Of a stretch of DNA of 64,000 nucleotides, positions 49,836 to 59,490 are shown in pieces (the first letter of the stretch is position 1; every line of letters starts with the position of its first letter). A program made the translations under genes and the position numbers. Source of the DNA: an uncultured Spirochaetota bacterium (lineage in GTDB: Bacteria > Spirochaetota > Spirochaetia > SZUA-6 > DRHE01); the NCBI GenBank assembly GCA_963745745.1, contig CAVUYS010000068.1, positions 27,614-91,613 on the forward strand. The letters run 5' to 3'. The notes beneath the pieces were generated by a model that saw only the letters and a list, made by a program, of their open reading frames with translations, was not told the origin of the DNA and did not search any database.

Positions 49836-51087
49836 ATGGAGTTCGGCGAGCTGCACCCCCTGACCCTGGCCTTCCGCTCGCGCGAGATGGAGCGGGAATA
49901 CTGGACCCGGCGGTTGCCCCGCATGCGCGGCCGCACCGCGATCGCCGTGGGCCTGGTGGTGGTCCTGTACACCGCCTTCGGGCTGCTGGACCCCTGGATC
50001 GTGCCGGAGATCGTGCGGCAGGCCTGGCTGATCCGCGGCCTGGTCCTGGCCCTGTGCGCGGCGCTGATCCTGGCCACCCGCACGCGCCTGTTCGCCCGCG
50101 CCCACCAGCTGCTCCTCCTCAGCCTGCCCCTGCTGGGCGGCCTGGGCATCCTGGCCATCATGTCGGCCAGCGGGGAAACCGGGCGCCTGCTGTACTACGT
50201 GGGCCTGATCCTGGCCATCATGTGGACCCTGCTTTTCGCCGATCTGCGCTTCCCCCTGGCGCTGGGGGCCAGCGTGTACCTGGTGGCCGGCTACGAGCTG
50301 ATCGCCCTGGTGATCAGCCCTCTGCCCCTGCCGGTGGTGGTCAACAACACCTTCTTCCTGAGCGGAGCCCTGATGATGGCCGCCTTCTCCGGCTACACCC
50401 GGGAGCGGGCCGAGCGGGTCAACTTCCGCCAGTCCCTGGTCATCGAGCAGGAGCGGCGCAAGTCCGAAGAGCTGCTGCTGAACATCCTGCCCCGCGAGGT
50501 CACGGAGCAGCTGAAATCCAGCGGCGGCACCGAGGCCCGCAGCTTCGCCGAGGCCAGCATCCTGTTCGCCGACATCGTGGGCTTCACCACGCTGTCCGCG
50601 CGCATGGGGGCGGAGGAGACCGTCGGGCTGCTCAACCGGGTGTTCTCCTTCTTCGACTCGCTGGTCGACAAGTACGACGTGGAAAAGATCCGCACCATCG
50701 GGGACAACTACATGGTCGTGGCGGGGGTGCCGCGCCCCTGCCACGACCACGCCGCCGCCCTGGCGGCGATGGCCCTGGAGATGCGCGACTACGCGGCCAC
50801 CCTGCCCCTGGAGCTGCGCATCGGGCTGGCCTGCGGCCCGGTGGTGGCCGGGGTGATCGGTCGGAAGAAATTCCAGTACGACGTCTGGGGGGAGGCGGTC
50901 AACACGGCCAGCCGCATGGAGTCGCACGGGCTGCCCGGCCAGATCCAGGTCACGGGCGGCGGCGCACGAGCTGATCCGGGCGGAATTCCTGTGCCGCCAC
51001 CGCGGGCGGATCAGCGTCAAGGGCATCGGACCCATGGACACCTGGCTGCTCCTGGGCCGCCGGGAGGAGCGGGATGAAACCGGCTAG
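49836..51087 (+). CDS. Membrane-anchored class III adenylate/guanylate cyclase, one apparent frameshift near 50957
   Basis: ATG 49836 inside ORF 49302..51077 is followed by about six TM helices. The cyclase domain has ASILFADIVGFTTLSA, IGDNYMVVAG and YDVWGEAVNTASRMES. The tail AAHELIRAEFLCRHRGRISVKGIGPMDTWLLLGRREERDETG* is in the next frame, with stop TAG 51085-51087. Confidence 0.85.
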
Positions 51088-53699
51088 CCGCGCGCGGCTT
51101 CCATCCGGCACGGTGACCTTCCTGTTCACCGACGTGGAAGGCTCCACCCGGCTGATCCAGCGGCTGGGCGACGGGCACCGCCCGGTGATGGAGCGGCAGG
51201 CCGCGCTGCTGCGCCGGGCCCTGGGCCAGGGGGTGGAGGCGGGAGAACGCGGGGACGGCCTGTTCTACGTGTTCACCGCGGCGCCGGCCGCTCTGCGCGC
51301 GGCCGCGGAAGCCCAGCGCCTCTTGGCGGCGGAAAGCTGGCCCGCGGGGGCCGCCCTGCGCGTGCGCATCGGCCTGCACAGCGGCGAGGGGCTCCTGGGC
51401 GGGGACAGCTACCTGGGCCTGGACGTGAACCGGGCGGCCCGCATCGCCGCGGCCGCCCACGGCGGGCAGGTGCTGGTCTCCGCCGCCTGCGCCGGGTTGG
51501 CCGGTTCCGGCATCGGCCCGGAGCTGGGCCTGCGCGAGCTGGGGCCCCACCGGCTGAAGGACCTCAACGAGCCGGAGCTGCTGTTCCAGTTGACCGGACC
51601 CGGCCTGGACCGGGACTTCCCGCCGCCGCGCGCCCTGGGCTCCGCGCCGGTGCGCCTGCCGGTGCCGCTCACCGCCTTCATCGGCCGGCGGCGCGAGCTG
51701 GCCGGCGTGCTGGAGCAGCTTTCCGGCAGCCGGCTGCTGACCCTCACCGGGCCGGGGGGCGCGGGCAAGACCCGCCTGGCCCTGCGCGCGGCCGCGGAGG
51801 CGGCGGCCTCCTTCCCGGACGGCGTGCACTTCGTGCCGCTGGAGGGGCTGCGCGATCCCGGCCTGCTGGCCCCGGCCGTGGCGGCCGCCCTGCGCCTGCC
51901 CCCGGCGCAAGGGGACCCCGGCGAAGGGCTGCGCGAGCACCTGCGGTCCCGGCGCCTGCTGCTGGTCCTGGACAACTTCGAGCAGCTCCTGGAGGCCGGC
52001 GCCCAGGCCGCGGAGTGGCTGCGCGAGGCTCCGGGCCTGCACCTGCTGGTCACCTCCCGCGCCCCCCTGCGCCTGTACGGAGAGCGGGAGTTCGCGGTGC
52101 CCCCGCTGGGCCTGCCGCCGGAGGCTCCAACGGAAGCCTCCATTGAATCCAGCGAGGCGGTGGCCCTGTTCGTGGCCCGGGCCGAGGCGGTCAGCCCCGG
52201 TTTCCATCTGACCGCGGAAAACGCGGCCGCGGTGGCCGGGATCGTCCGCCGCCTGGACGGGCTGCCCCTGGCCCTGGAACTGGCCGCGGCGCGGGTCCGC
52301 CTTTTCCCGCCCGCCGCCCTGCTGGCCCGCCTCGGCTCCAGCCTGGCCTTCCTGACCGGAGGCCCCCGGGACCTGCCGGCCAGGCAGCAGACCCTGCGCG
52401 CGGCGATCCTCTGGAGCTACGACCTGCTGGGGCCCCCGGCGCGCGGCCTGTTCCGCCGCCTTTCGGTCTTCACCGGCGGCGCGCGCCTCGCCCAGATCGA
52501 GGCGGTCTGCGGCCCGGACCTGGGCGCCGAGATTCTGGCGGCGCTGGAGGAGCTGTGCGATCACAGCCTGGTCCGGCGCGCACCCGGCGAAGCGGAACCG
52601 CGCTTCCTGATGCCGGAGATCGTCAGGGAGCTGGCCCGGGAACTGGCCGCCGAAAGCGGCGAGACGCAGGCTCTGGCCGGAAGGCACGGCGCCGCCTACC
52701 TGCAGCTGGCCGAGCAGGCCGCGCCCAGCCTCATGCGCGCCGGGCGCCGGGCCTGGCTGGACCTGCTGGAGGAGGACGCGGCCAACTTCCGGGAAGCCCT
52801 GGAGGCGGCGGCGCAAGGTGCGCAGGCGGAGACGGCCCTGCGCCTGGTGGCGGCCTTGTGGCGCTTCTGGCAGATGCGCGGGCACATTCGCGAAGGCCGC
52901 AGTATGGCCAGCAGGGTCCTGGCCCTGGAGGGCGGCGGAGCAGGCGGACAGGATCGGCGCCCTGCTGGCGGCGGGGGGCATGGCCTACTGGCAGGCCGAC
53001 ACGGCCGCTGCCGACAAAGCCTATGTCGAGGCATTGCGCAGGGCCCGCCTTCACGGGGACCGCCGCCTGCTGGCCCAGGCCCTGTACAACGCCGCCTTTC
53101 CGCCCGCCATCCTGGGACGGCCGCAGGAAGCCCGCGACCTGTTCGAGCAGGCGCTGGAGCTGGCCCGCGAGCTGGGCGACAAGGCGATGGAGGCGGAAGT
53201 GCTCTGGGGCATCGGCACCTCCCTGTGGTTCAGCGGGGAGAAGCCCGCCTCGGAGCCCTGGTACGACCGCGCCCTGGAGAGGCTGGCCGGAACGGACGCC
53301 GCCTTCACCCTGGGCTGGAGCTACCGGATGCGGGGGGTGGTGCGCCTGGCCCGCGGCGCCCTGGAGGAGGCCCGCGACGACCTGGAGCGGGCCCTGGTGA
53401 TTTTCACCGACGACCTGGACATTTCCGGGATCGTGCTGCTCCTGCGGGACTTCGCGGAGCAGGCTCTGCGCGGAGGCGACGCCGAGCGGGCCCTGCGCCT
53501 GTCGGGGGCCGCCGCCGGTCTGGAGGAGGTCAGCCAGACCGGCATGCTGGAGTTCGCCGAAAACCGCATCGCCGACCTGGCGGCCGTAACGACCACCCTG
53601 GGCCGCGAACGGGCTGAAGCGCTCCTGGCCGAAGGCCGGCTCATGAGGTTGGAGCAGGCCCTGGCCTTCGCCCGGCATCCTCCAGCCCGTAGCCTTTAA
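51074..53699 (+). CDS. Cyclase-domain / STAND (NB-ARC-like) ATPase / TPR protein, one apparent frameshift near 52930
   Basis: The N-terminus has a class III cyclase fold (VTFLFTDVEGSTRL, GDGLFYVF, IGLHSGE, NRAARIAAAAHGGQVLVS). Walker A LTGPGGAGKTRLAL and Walker B LLLVLDNFEQ are present. TPR-like helices continue in ORF 52818..53699. No HTH seen. The start overlaps the preceding cyclase by 14 nt. Confidence 0.8.
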
Positions 53700-54978
53700 G
53701 CTTGTACTGCAGCGAACGCCGGGAGATGCCCAGCTCCCCGGCCGCCCGGGTGCGGTTTCCTTCCCAGCGCTGCAGGCAGGCCAGGATCGAGCGCCGCTCG
53801 ATCTCCTGCAGGGTGGCCGGCTCGCCGCCGGCCGAGGCCCTGCCCAGGTCCAGGTCGGCCGCCTCGATAGTGCCGGCTCCCGAAAGGATGCAGGCCCGCT
53901 CCAGCAGGTTCTCCAGCTCCCGCACGTTGCCGGGGAAGGAGTAGGCCTGCAGCCTGCGCAGGGCCTCCGGACTGATGCCTTCGATGCGCCGCCCCAGGCG
54001 CCTTCCCAGCTTTTCCAGGAGGCGCCCGGCCAGCAGCGGGATGTCCCCGGGGCGCTCCCGCAGCGGGGGCACGGCGACGTGCACCACGTTCAGCCGGTAG
54101 TACAGGTCCTCCCGGAAGTCGCCGGTCCTCACGGCCTGGGCCAGGTCGCGGTGGGTGGCGGAAATGATGCGGGCGTCCACCGGGAGGTCCTGGGTGCCTC
54201 CCAGCCGGCGCAGCCTCTTGTCCTGCAGCACCCGCAGGAGCTTGACCTGCACGCCGCGGGGCATCTCCCCGATTTCATCCAGGAAAAGAGTGCCGCCGCC
54301 GGCCAGCTCGAAGGTGCCCGGCTTGCGCGCGTCGGCTCCCGTGAAAGCCCCGCGCTCGTAGCCGAACAGCTCGCTCTCGATCAGGCCCTCCGGCAGCCCT
54401 CCGAGGTTCACCGCCACGAACGGGCCCGCGGCCCCGGAACGGGCGTGGATCAGGCGGGCCACGACCTCCTTGCCGCTGCCGCTCTCCCCCGTGATCAGGA
54501 CCGTGCTGGGGGTGGCGGCCAGTTTCTGGATCCGGGCCATGATCTGCCGCATGGCCGGGCTCTCCCCCACCAGGTCCTGCTCCCCGGCCTGGCGGCCGGC
54601 CTCCACCACGTTGCGCAGGCTCTGGTCCTCGATTGCCCGCCGCAGGCGCAGGACCAGCTCCTCCGCGCCGAAGGGCTTGACCAGGTAATCCTGGGCTCCT
54701 TCCTTCATCGCGGCCACGGCATCCGCGATTTCCCCGTGGGCCGAGATCATCAGCACCGGCAGGCGCAGGCCCCGCAGGCGGATGCGGCGCAGCAGCTCCA
54801 GGCCGTCCAGCCCCGGCATCCGGAGGTCCAGCAGGGCCGCGGCCAGGACCTCGCCCTGCAGCGCTTTTTCAGCGGCCAGGCCGTCCGCGGCCGTGCTGAC
54901 CTGGAAGCCTTCCAGCTCCAGGGCCCGGGCCAGCGAATCCCGTACGGCCTGCTCGTCATCCACGACCAGGATTCTCAT
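53641..54978 (-). CDS. Sigma54-dependent response regulator (NtrC family)
   Basis: Intact ORF. REC: ILVVDDEQ...LDLRMPGLDG. AAA+: GESGSGKE, ESELFGYERGAFTGA (GAFTGA loop). C-terminal Fis-type HTH: GNRTRAAGELGISRRSLQYKLK. The start overlaps the kinase stop as ATGA. Confidence 0.9.
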   Translation of the reverse strand: MRILVVDDEQAVRDSLARALELEGFQVSTAADGLAAEKALQGEVLAAALLDLRMPGLDGLELLRRIRLRGLRLPVLMISAHGEIADAVAAMKEGAQDYLVKPFGAEELVLRLRRAIEDQSLRNVVEAGRQAGEQDLVGESPAMRQIMARIQKLAATPSTVLITGESGSGKEVVARLIHARSGAAGPFVAVNLGGLPEGLIESELFGYERGAFTGADARKPGTFELAGGGTLFLDEIGEMPRGVQVKLLRVLQDKRLRRLGGTQDLPVDARIISATHRDLAQAVRTGDFREDLYYRLNVVHVAVPPLRERPGDIPLLAGRLLEKLGRRLGRRIEGISPEALRRLQAYSFPGNVRELENLLERACILSGAGTIEAADLDLGRASAGGEPATLQEIERRSILACLQRWEGNRTRAAGELGISRRSLQYKLKGYGLEDAGRRPGPAPTS

Positions 54979-56273
54979 TCCCGCAACCGGGGCAGGGTAA
55001 CCCGGGCCTCGGTCCCTCCCCCCTCGCGCGCCAGAAGCCGGATGCCGCCTCCGGCCGCCAGCACGAAGCGCCGGGTGATGGACAGCCCGATGCCGGAGCC
55101 CTCCGGCCGGGTGGTGAAGAAGGGCTCGAAGACCTGGCCGCGGATGGCCCGCGGGATGCCCTGCCCGCGGTCCAGCACGGAGAGGGTCGCGCCTGCTCTG
55201 CCGGTTTTACCGGCCAGCACGCGCACCAGCACCTCGCCTCCGGCCGGATCGCTCTGCAGGGCATTGCTTACCAGGTTTTCCACCACGGAGCGCAGGCGGT
55301 CCCGGTCAAAGCGCACCAGCGCGGGTTCCGCGGCCTCCAGGCGCACCCGCCGGCCGGAGAGCGGCAGCACCTCCCGCAGGAAGCCGGCCAGCTCCACGGG
55401 CCGCGGGTCGCCCAGCGGGTTCTTCAGGAAGTCCCCGACCCGGTCGGTCAGCTCCCGCAGCCGGTCGACTTCCTGCAGGATGACCCGCAGGTCCTCCCCG
55501 CCCTCGGGGCGCACGAAGCGCGCCAGCACGTCGGCCCGCAGGCGGATGGCGGCCAGCGGATTCTTGATCTCGTGGGACAGGGTGCGGGCGGCCTCGCCCA
55601 GATGCACCAGCTGCTTCTGCTCCTCCAGGCGCCGGCGGTCCCGGGCTCCCCGCCGGTACAGCAGGTAGACGGAGGCCATCACCACGGAGGACAGCAGCAG
55701 CCACAGGCCCAGGCTGAAATCCAGGAGGCGTTCGCGCCGCCACAGTTCCGACGCCTGGACCTCCGCGAACAGGAAACGGGGGAACCTCCGAGGGGCAGCT
55801 GGCTCCACGCCGCGCGGCGCCTCGGCCTGGACCCCCGCCGGGCGCGGCCGGGGCGGCCGGCCCACCTGCTGGAGTATGCTCACCGTCCTGCGGCGCTCCT
55901 CCAGCACGTACTCGGTTCTCCAGCGCCACTCCCCCGCCGCCTGCACCCCGGTGGGCGCCGTGCCGAAGCGCTCCAGCGGGCGGCCCTCGGCATCGTAGCT
56001 GCCCAGGCCCAGCAGGCGCCCTCCGGCCGCCTCCTCGGCCGGCAGGCCATTGCGCATCGCGGTGGCGGCTGAGAACAGGGCGTGCTCGGCCTCGGAGTGG
56101 GCCAGCAGGCGGATCCGTTCCTTTTCGCCGCGCGTCACGCGCAGCAGGAGCACCGCCAGTACCAGGTAGACCAGGACCAGGAAGGAGTGGAATATCCATT
56201 CCGCCCGCAGGATCCTGCGCCACGCCCCGGCCATGCCCATCCCGCCAGTATAGCCCGCGCCCGGCCTATTCAA
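54975..56273 (-). CDS. Sensor histidine kinase (two TM segments, NtrB/AtoS-like H-box)
   Basis: Intact ORF with H-box LSHEIKNPLAAI and HATPase motifs NLVSNALQ, DRGQGIP and GSGIGL. The start may be 56273, 56240 or 56234. Confidence 0.85.
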   Translation of the reverse strand: MNRPGAGYTGGMGMAGAWRRILRAEWIFHSFLVLVYLVLAVLLLRVTRGEKERIRLLAHSEAEHALFSAATAMRNGLPAEEAAGGRLLGLGSYDAEGRPLERFGTAPTGVQAAGEWRWRTEYVLEERRRTVSILQQVGRPPRPRPAGVQAEAPRGVEPAAPRRFPRFLFAEVQASELWRRERLLDFSLGLWLLLSSVVMASVYLLYRRGARDRRRLEEQKQLVHLGEAARTLSHEIKNPLAAIRLRADVLARFVRPEGGEDLRVILQEVDRLRELTDRVGDFLKNPLGDPRPVELAGFLREVLPLSGRRVRLEAAEPALVRFDRDRLRSVVENLVSNALQSDPAGGEVLVRVLAGKTGRAGATLSVLDRGQGIPRAIRGQVFEPFFTTRPEGSGIGLSITRRFVLAAGGGIRLLAREGGGTEARVTLPRLRE

Positions 56274-57462
56274 AAGACAGGGCCTCCACGGGCTGCAGGC
56301 GCGCGGCCCGGGCCGCCGGGTACAGGCCGAAGAAGATGCCCACCGCGCTGGAGCAGGCCACCGCCAGGGCGTAGGAGGCCGCCTGGGGGGCGAAGCTCCA
56401 CTTCAACAGGGCCGTGGCCAGGAAGCTCAAGGCCGTGCCCAGCGCCATGCCGACCAGCCCCCCCACCAGGGTGAGGGTCACCGCCTCGGTGAGGAACTGC
56501 CCGCGGATGGCTCTGGGGGCGGCGCCCAGGGCCTTGCGGATGCCGATCTCCCGGGTGCGCTCGGCCACCGAGACCAGCATGATGTTCATGATGCCGATGC
56601 CGCCCACCACCAGGGAAATCGCCGCTACGCCGGTGAGGAAAAGGTTCAAGGTCTTGGTCACGTTGGTGAACATCTCGGCGATCGTGGAGGGCGACATGAC
56701 CCGGAAGGAGTCCGTGTTGCCGGTGAGCCGGGTGAAGAACTTTTCGACCTTCCCGGCCACCTCCAGCACGTCGGCCCCCGTGGCGGTGCCCATGGCGTAG
56801 CGCTGCACGTTCTCCAGGCGCTCCAGGCGCGCGGAGTAGGTCTCGAAGGGGACGTAGGCGCTGCCGTCGAAGTCCAGGCCCATGGTCCCGGTCTTCTCCT
56901 TCATCACCCCGATCACCTTGAAGCTGCGCGCCACTCCCTTGCGGTAGATGCGCACGTACTGGTCCAGGGCCCCGCCGTCGGGGAACAGCACCCCGGCGAT
57001 CTCGGCGCCCAGCACCACCACGGAGCGCCTCTTCTGCCCGTCCTCCGCGGACAGGAAGGAGCCGGAGGCGCTCTGGTAGCTGTAGATCCCCGGAAAGGTG
57101 GCCTGCACGCCCAGCACGGTGGCGCTCTCATACGTCTCCCGGCCGTGCTTCAGGTAATAGCCGGCCTGGGCCAGCGGAGTGACCTCGCGGATGCCCGGGA
57201 CCTCGCTCTTCAACCGCTCGCCCAGGTCCACCGTGAACAGGCGGCGCACTTCCTTGGCCGCGTCCCTGCCGGAAAAGACCGTGATCGTCTCCAGGCCGCC
57301 CTGGGCCACCTGCTTCTGCACGCTGGCCGTGGCGCTCTGGCCCAGGGTGGTGATCGCGATGACCGAACCGATGCCGATCACGATCCCCAGCAGCGACAGG
57401 AAGGTCCTCAGGCGGTTGCCAGCGAACTCCCGCAGCGCCATGCGTATGTTTTCCCAGAACAT
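56266..57462 (-). CDS. MacB-type ABC transporter permease (FtsX/MacB periplasmic domain)
   Basis: Intact 398-aa ORF. N-terminal TM LRTFLSLLGIVIGIGSVIA, a large periplasmic domain, and the C-terminal FtsX block GGIGIMNIMLVSVAERTREIGIRKALGA. Confidence 0.85.
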   Translation of the reverse strand: MFWENIRMALREFAGNRLRTFLSLLGIVIGIGSVIAITTLGQSATASVQKQVAQGGLETITVFSGRDAAKEVRRLFTVDLGERLKSEVPGIREVTPLAQAGYYLKHGRETYESATVLGVQATFPGIYSYQSASGSFLSAEDGQKRRSVVVLGAEIAGVLFPDGGALDQYVRIYRKGVARSFKVIGVMKEKTGTMGLDFDGSAYVPFETYSARLERLENVQRYAMGTATGADVLEVAGKVEKFFTRLTGNTDSFRVMSPSTIAEMFTNVTKTLNLFLTGVAAISLVVGGIGIMNIMLVSVAERTREIGIRKALGAAPRAIRGQFLTEAVTLTLVGGLVGMALGTALSFLATALLKWSFAPQAASYALAVACSSAVGIFFGLYPAARAARLQPVEALSFE

Positions 57463-57465
57463 GTC

Positions 57466-58128
57466 CTACTCCTCCAACAGTCCGTCACGCAGGTGGACCC
57501 GCCGCCCGCAGAAGGCGCCCACCTGCGGGTCGTGGGTCACCACGATGACCGTCTTGCCCTCGGCGCAGATCGCCGCGAACAGGTCCAGGATCGTCCGGCC
57601 CGTCTCCGTGTCCAGGGCCCCGGTGGGCTCGTCGGCCAGGATGATGGACGGGCGGGTGACCAGCGCCCGGGCAATGGCCACCCGCTGCCGCTGCCCACCG
57701 GAAAGCTCGGTGGGCCGGTGGCGCAGCCGGTCGGAGAGGCCGACCCTGTCCAGGGCCTCCACGGCCCGCAGGCTCCGTTCAGGCCGGCTCACCCCGCCGT
57801 ACATCAACGGCGTGGTCACGTTCTCCAGCACGGTGATGCGGGAGAGCAGGTTGAACTGCTGGAACACGAAGCCGATCTTGCGGTTGCGGATCACCGCCAA
57901 CTGCTCCTCGTCCAGGCCGGCCACCGGCTCCCCGTCGAGGGACAGGCTCCCGGCGGTCGGGCTGTCCAGGCAGCCGATCAGGTGCATCAGGGTGGACTTG
58001 CCCGAGCCGGAGGGGCCCATGATGGCCAGCAGCTCGCCGGCGGCCACCTGCAGGCTCACGCCCCGCAGGGCGTGCACGGTGCTCTCGCCCATGCGGTACT
58101 CCTTGGTGAGCTGGACGGCCGAGATCAC
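57466..58128 (-). CDS. MacB-type ABC transporter ATP-binding protein
   Basis: This is the C-terminal part of ORF 57466..59262, from GTG 58128. Motifs: GPSGSGKST, LSGGQRQRVAIARAL, ILADEPTGALD and VTHD. The start overlaps the upstream stop as GTGA. Confidence 0.85.
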   Translation of the reverse strand: MISAVQLTKEYRMGESTVHALRGVSLQVAAGELLAIMGPSGSGKSTLMHLIGCLDSPTAGSLSLDGEPVAGLDEEQLAVIRNRKIGFVFQQFNLLSRITVLENVTTPLMYGGVSRPERSLRAVEALDRVGLSDRLRHRPTELSGGQRQRVAIARALVTRPSIILADEPTGALDTETGRTILDLFAAICAEGKTVIVVTHDPQVGAFCGRRVHLRDGLLEE

Positions 58129-59262
58129 CGCGGGCCTCCCGGCGGCGGACCGCCCGACCCCCCGCCCGTCCTGGCCCCTCCGGGCGCGCGAAAGCCGAAG
58201 ATGGAAAGCGGGTTGGCGGACTGCCGGCCGGCGGCGCGCCCTTCGCCCGTCGAGACAGCCGCGGCGGCCAGCACCACGTCCCCCTCGGACAGGCCTTCCA
58301 GCACGCGCACCTGGCCGGTCTCGTAGGCCGCGGTCTTCACCTCCCGCCGCTCGGGCTGGAGGGCGGCCGGCGCTGCTGGCGACGCTTCGGATGTGGCCGG
58401 CAGCAGCAGCACGTAGCTGCGCCCGCCGACCTTCTGCACGGCCTTTTCGTCGAGCACCAGCAGGCGCTCGTCCTCCCCGGCGAGGATCCGGGCGCTGAAG
58501 GAATAGCCGGGCAGCAGGCTCTTCGGGGGATTGTCGATGCGCACCTCCGCGTCCAGCACCGCGATGCCCTCCGTGGTCACCCGGCCCTCCAGCGGCAGCA
58601 GGGACACCCGGCCGTTGACCAGCAGGTCGGGCAGCGCGTCGATGTGGAACTCGACCTTCTGGCCGACCTTCACGCTGGGCACGTCCAGCTCGTCGATCTC
58701 CACTTCGGACTTGAGGGCCGACAGGTCGATGACCCGGGCGATGGGCGAGATCTCCTCCCCCGCCTTCACGTACTCCCCTTCCCGCACGTCGACGTCGGAG
58801 ACGAACCCGGAGATCGTGGTCCAGACCTTCTTTTCCTGCAGGTCGACCTGCTTCATCTTCCGCTCCAGCTCCAGCAGCTCCAGCTCGCTCTTCGAACCGG
58901 AGATCCTGGCCTTCTCCAGCTTGTAGTCCAGGCTGGCCAGGTCGTAGCGCTGCTGGCTGTCGTCCAGCTCCGCGATCAGGTCCCCCGCGCGCACGCGGTC
59001 CCCTTCCTTTACGTACACCCTGGCCACCTTGCCGCTGGCAGCGAAGCCGATGTCCTCGCTCTCGATGGGTTCCAGGTTTCCGGTCACGTCGATGGCCGAG
59101 GAGCGGATGACCGCCTGCACCTGATAGGTGGCTGGCGCCCCAACCGCGGCGGAGGAGCTCTTCTGCCTGCCGAACCAAAGGTACGCCCCTCCACCGACGA
59201 CCGGCAGGCAGGCTGCCAGGAGCCAGAGGACCAGGCGTCTGGATTTCTCTCGAATTGCTCAT
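58125..59262 (-). CDS. Periplasmic adaptor (HlyD/MacA-type membrane fusion protein), apparent frameshift within the first ~10 codons (about 59240)
   Basis: ATG 59262 reads MSNSRE, then shifts to ...RRLVLWLLAACLPVVGGGAYLWF (TM anchor), joined to ORF 58125..59120. That ORF has a lipoyl-like hairpin (VYVKEGDRVRAGDLIAELD), a coiled coil and a beta-barrel domain. Confidence 0.8.
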
Positions 59263-59463
59263 GCCACTCTATTATCAAGAACCATGCCAAACATGCGCCG
59301 CGGAATGAGGGCTTTTACGGCGTATTGCCTGGTTCAGAAGAGCTCTTCCGCAGGCCGGCTGTGCAAAAACTGCGCCCGTCCCCGCCATGCGCGGTTCTTG
59401 CGCAGTTGGCGCGAGCGGCATCCCTTTCCAAGGGGCTATTTTGGGCTCGGATGGAGGCTGGGA

Positions 59464-59479
59464 TGGCACGGCGTTTGCA
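59464..59479 (+). promoter_or_regulatory. Sigma54 (-24/-12) promoter, exact TGGCAC-N5-TTGCA
   Basis: TGGCAC lies at 59464-59469, the spacer ggcgt follows, and TTGCA lies at 59475-59479. It sits in the divergent intergenic region between the pump/two-component operon (which encodes the sigma54 activator) and the TolC-like gene. The ATG at 59491 is only 12 nt past the -12 element. Confidence 0.7.
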
Positions 59480-59490
59480 AATCCGTGGGC

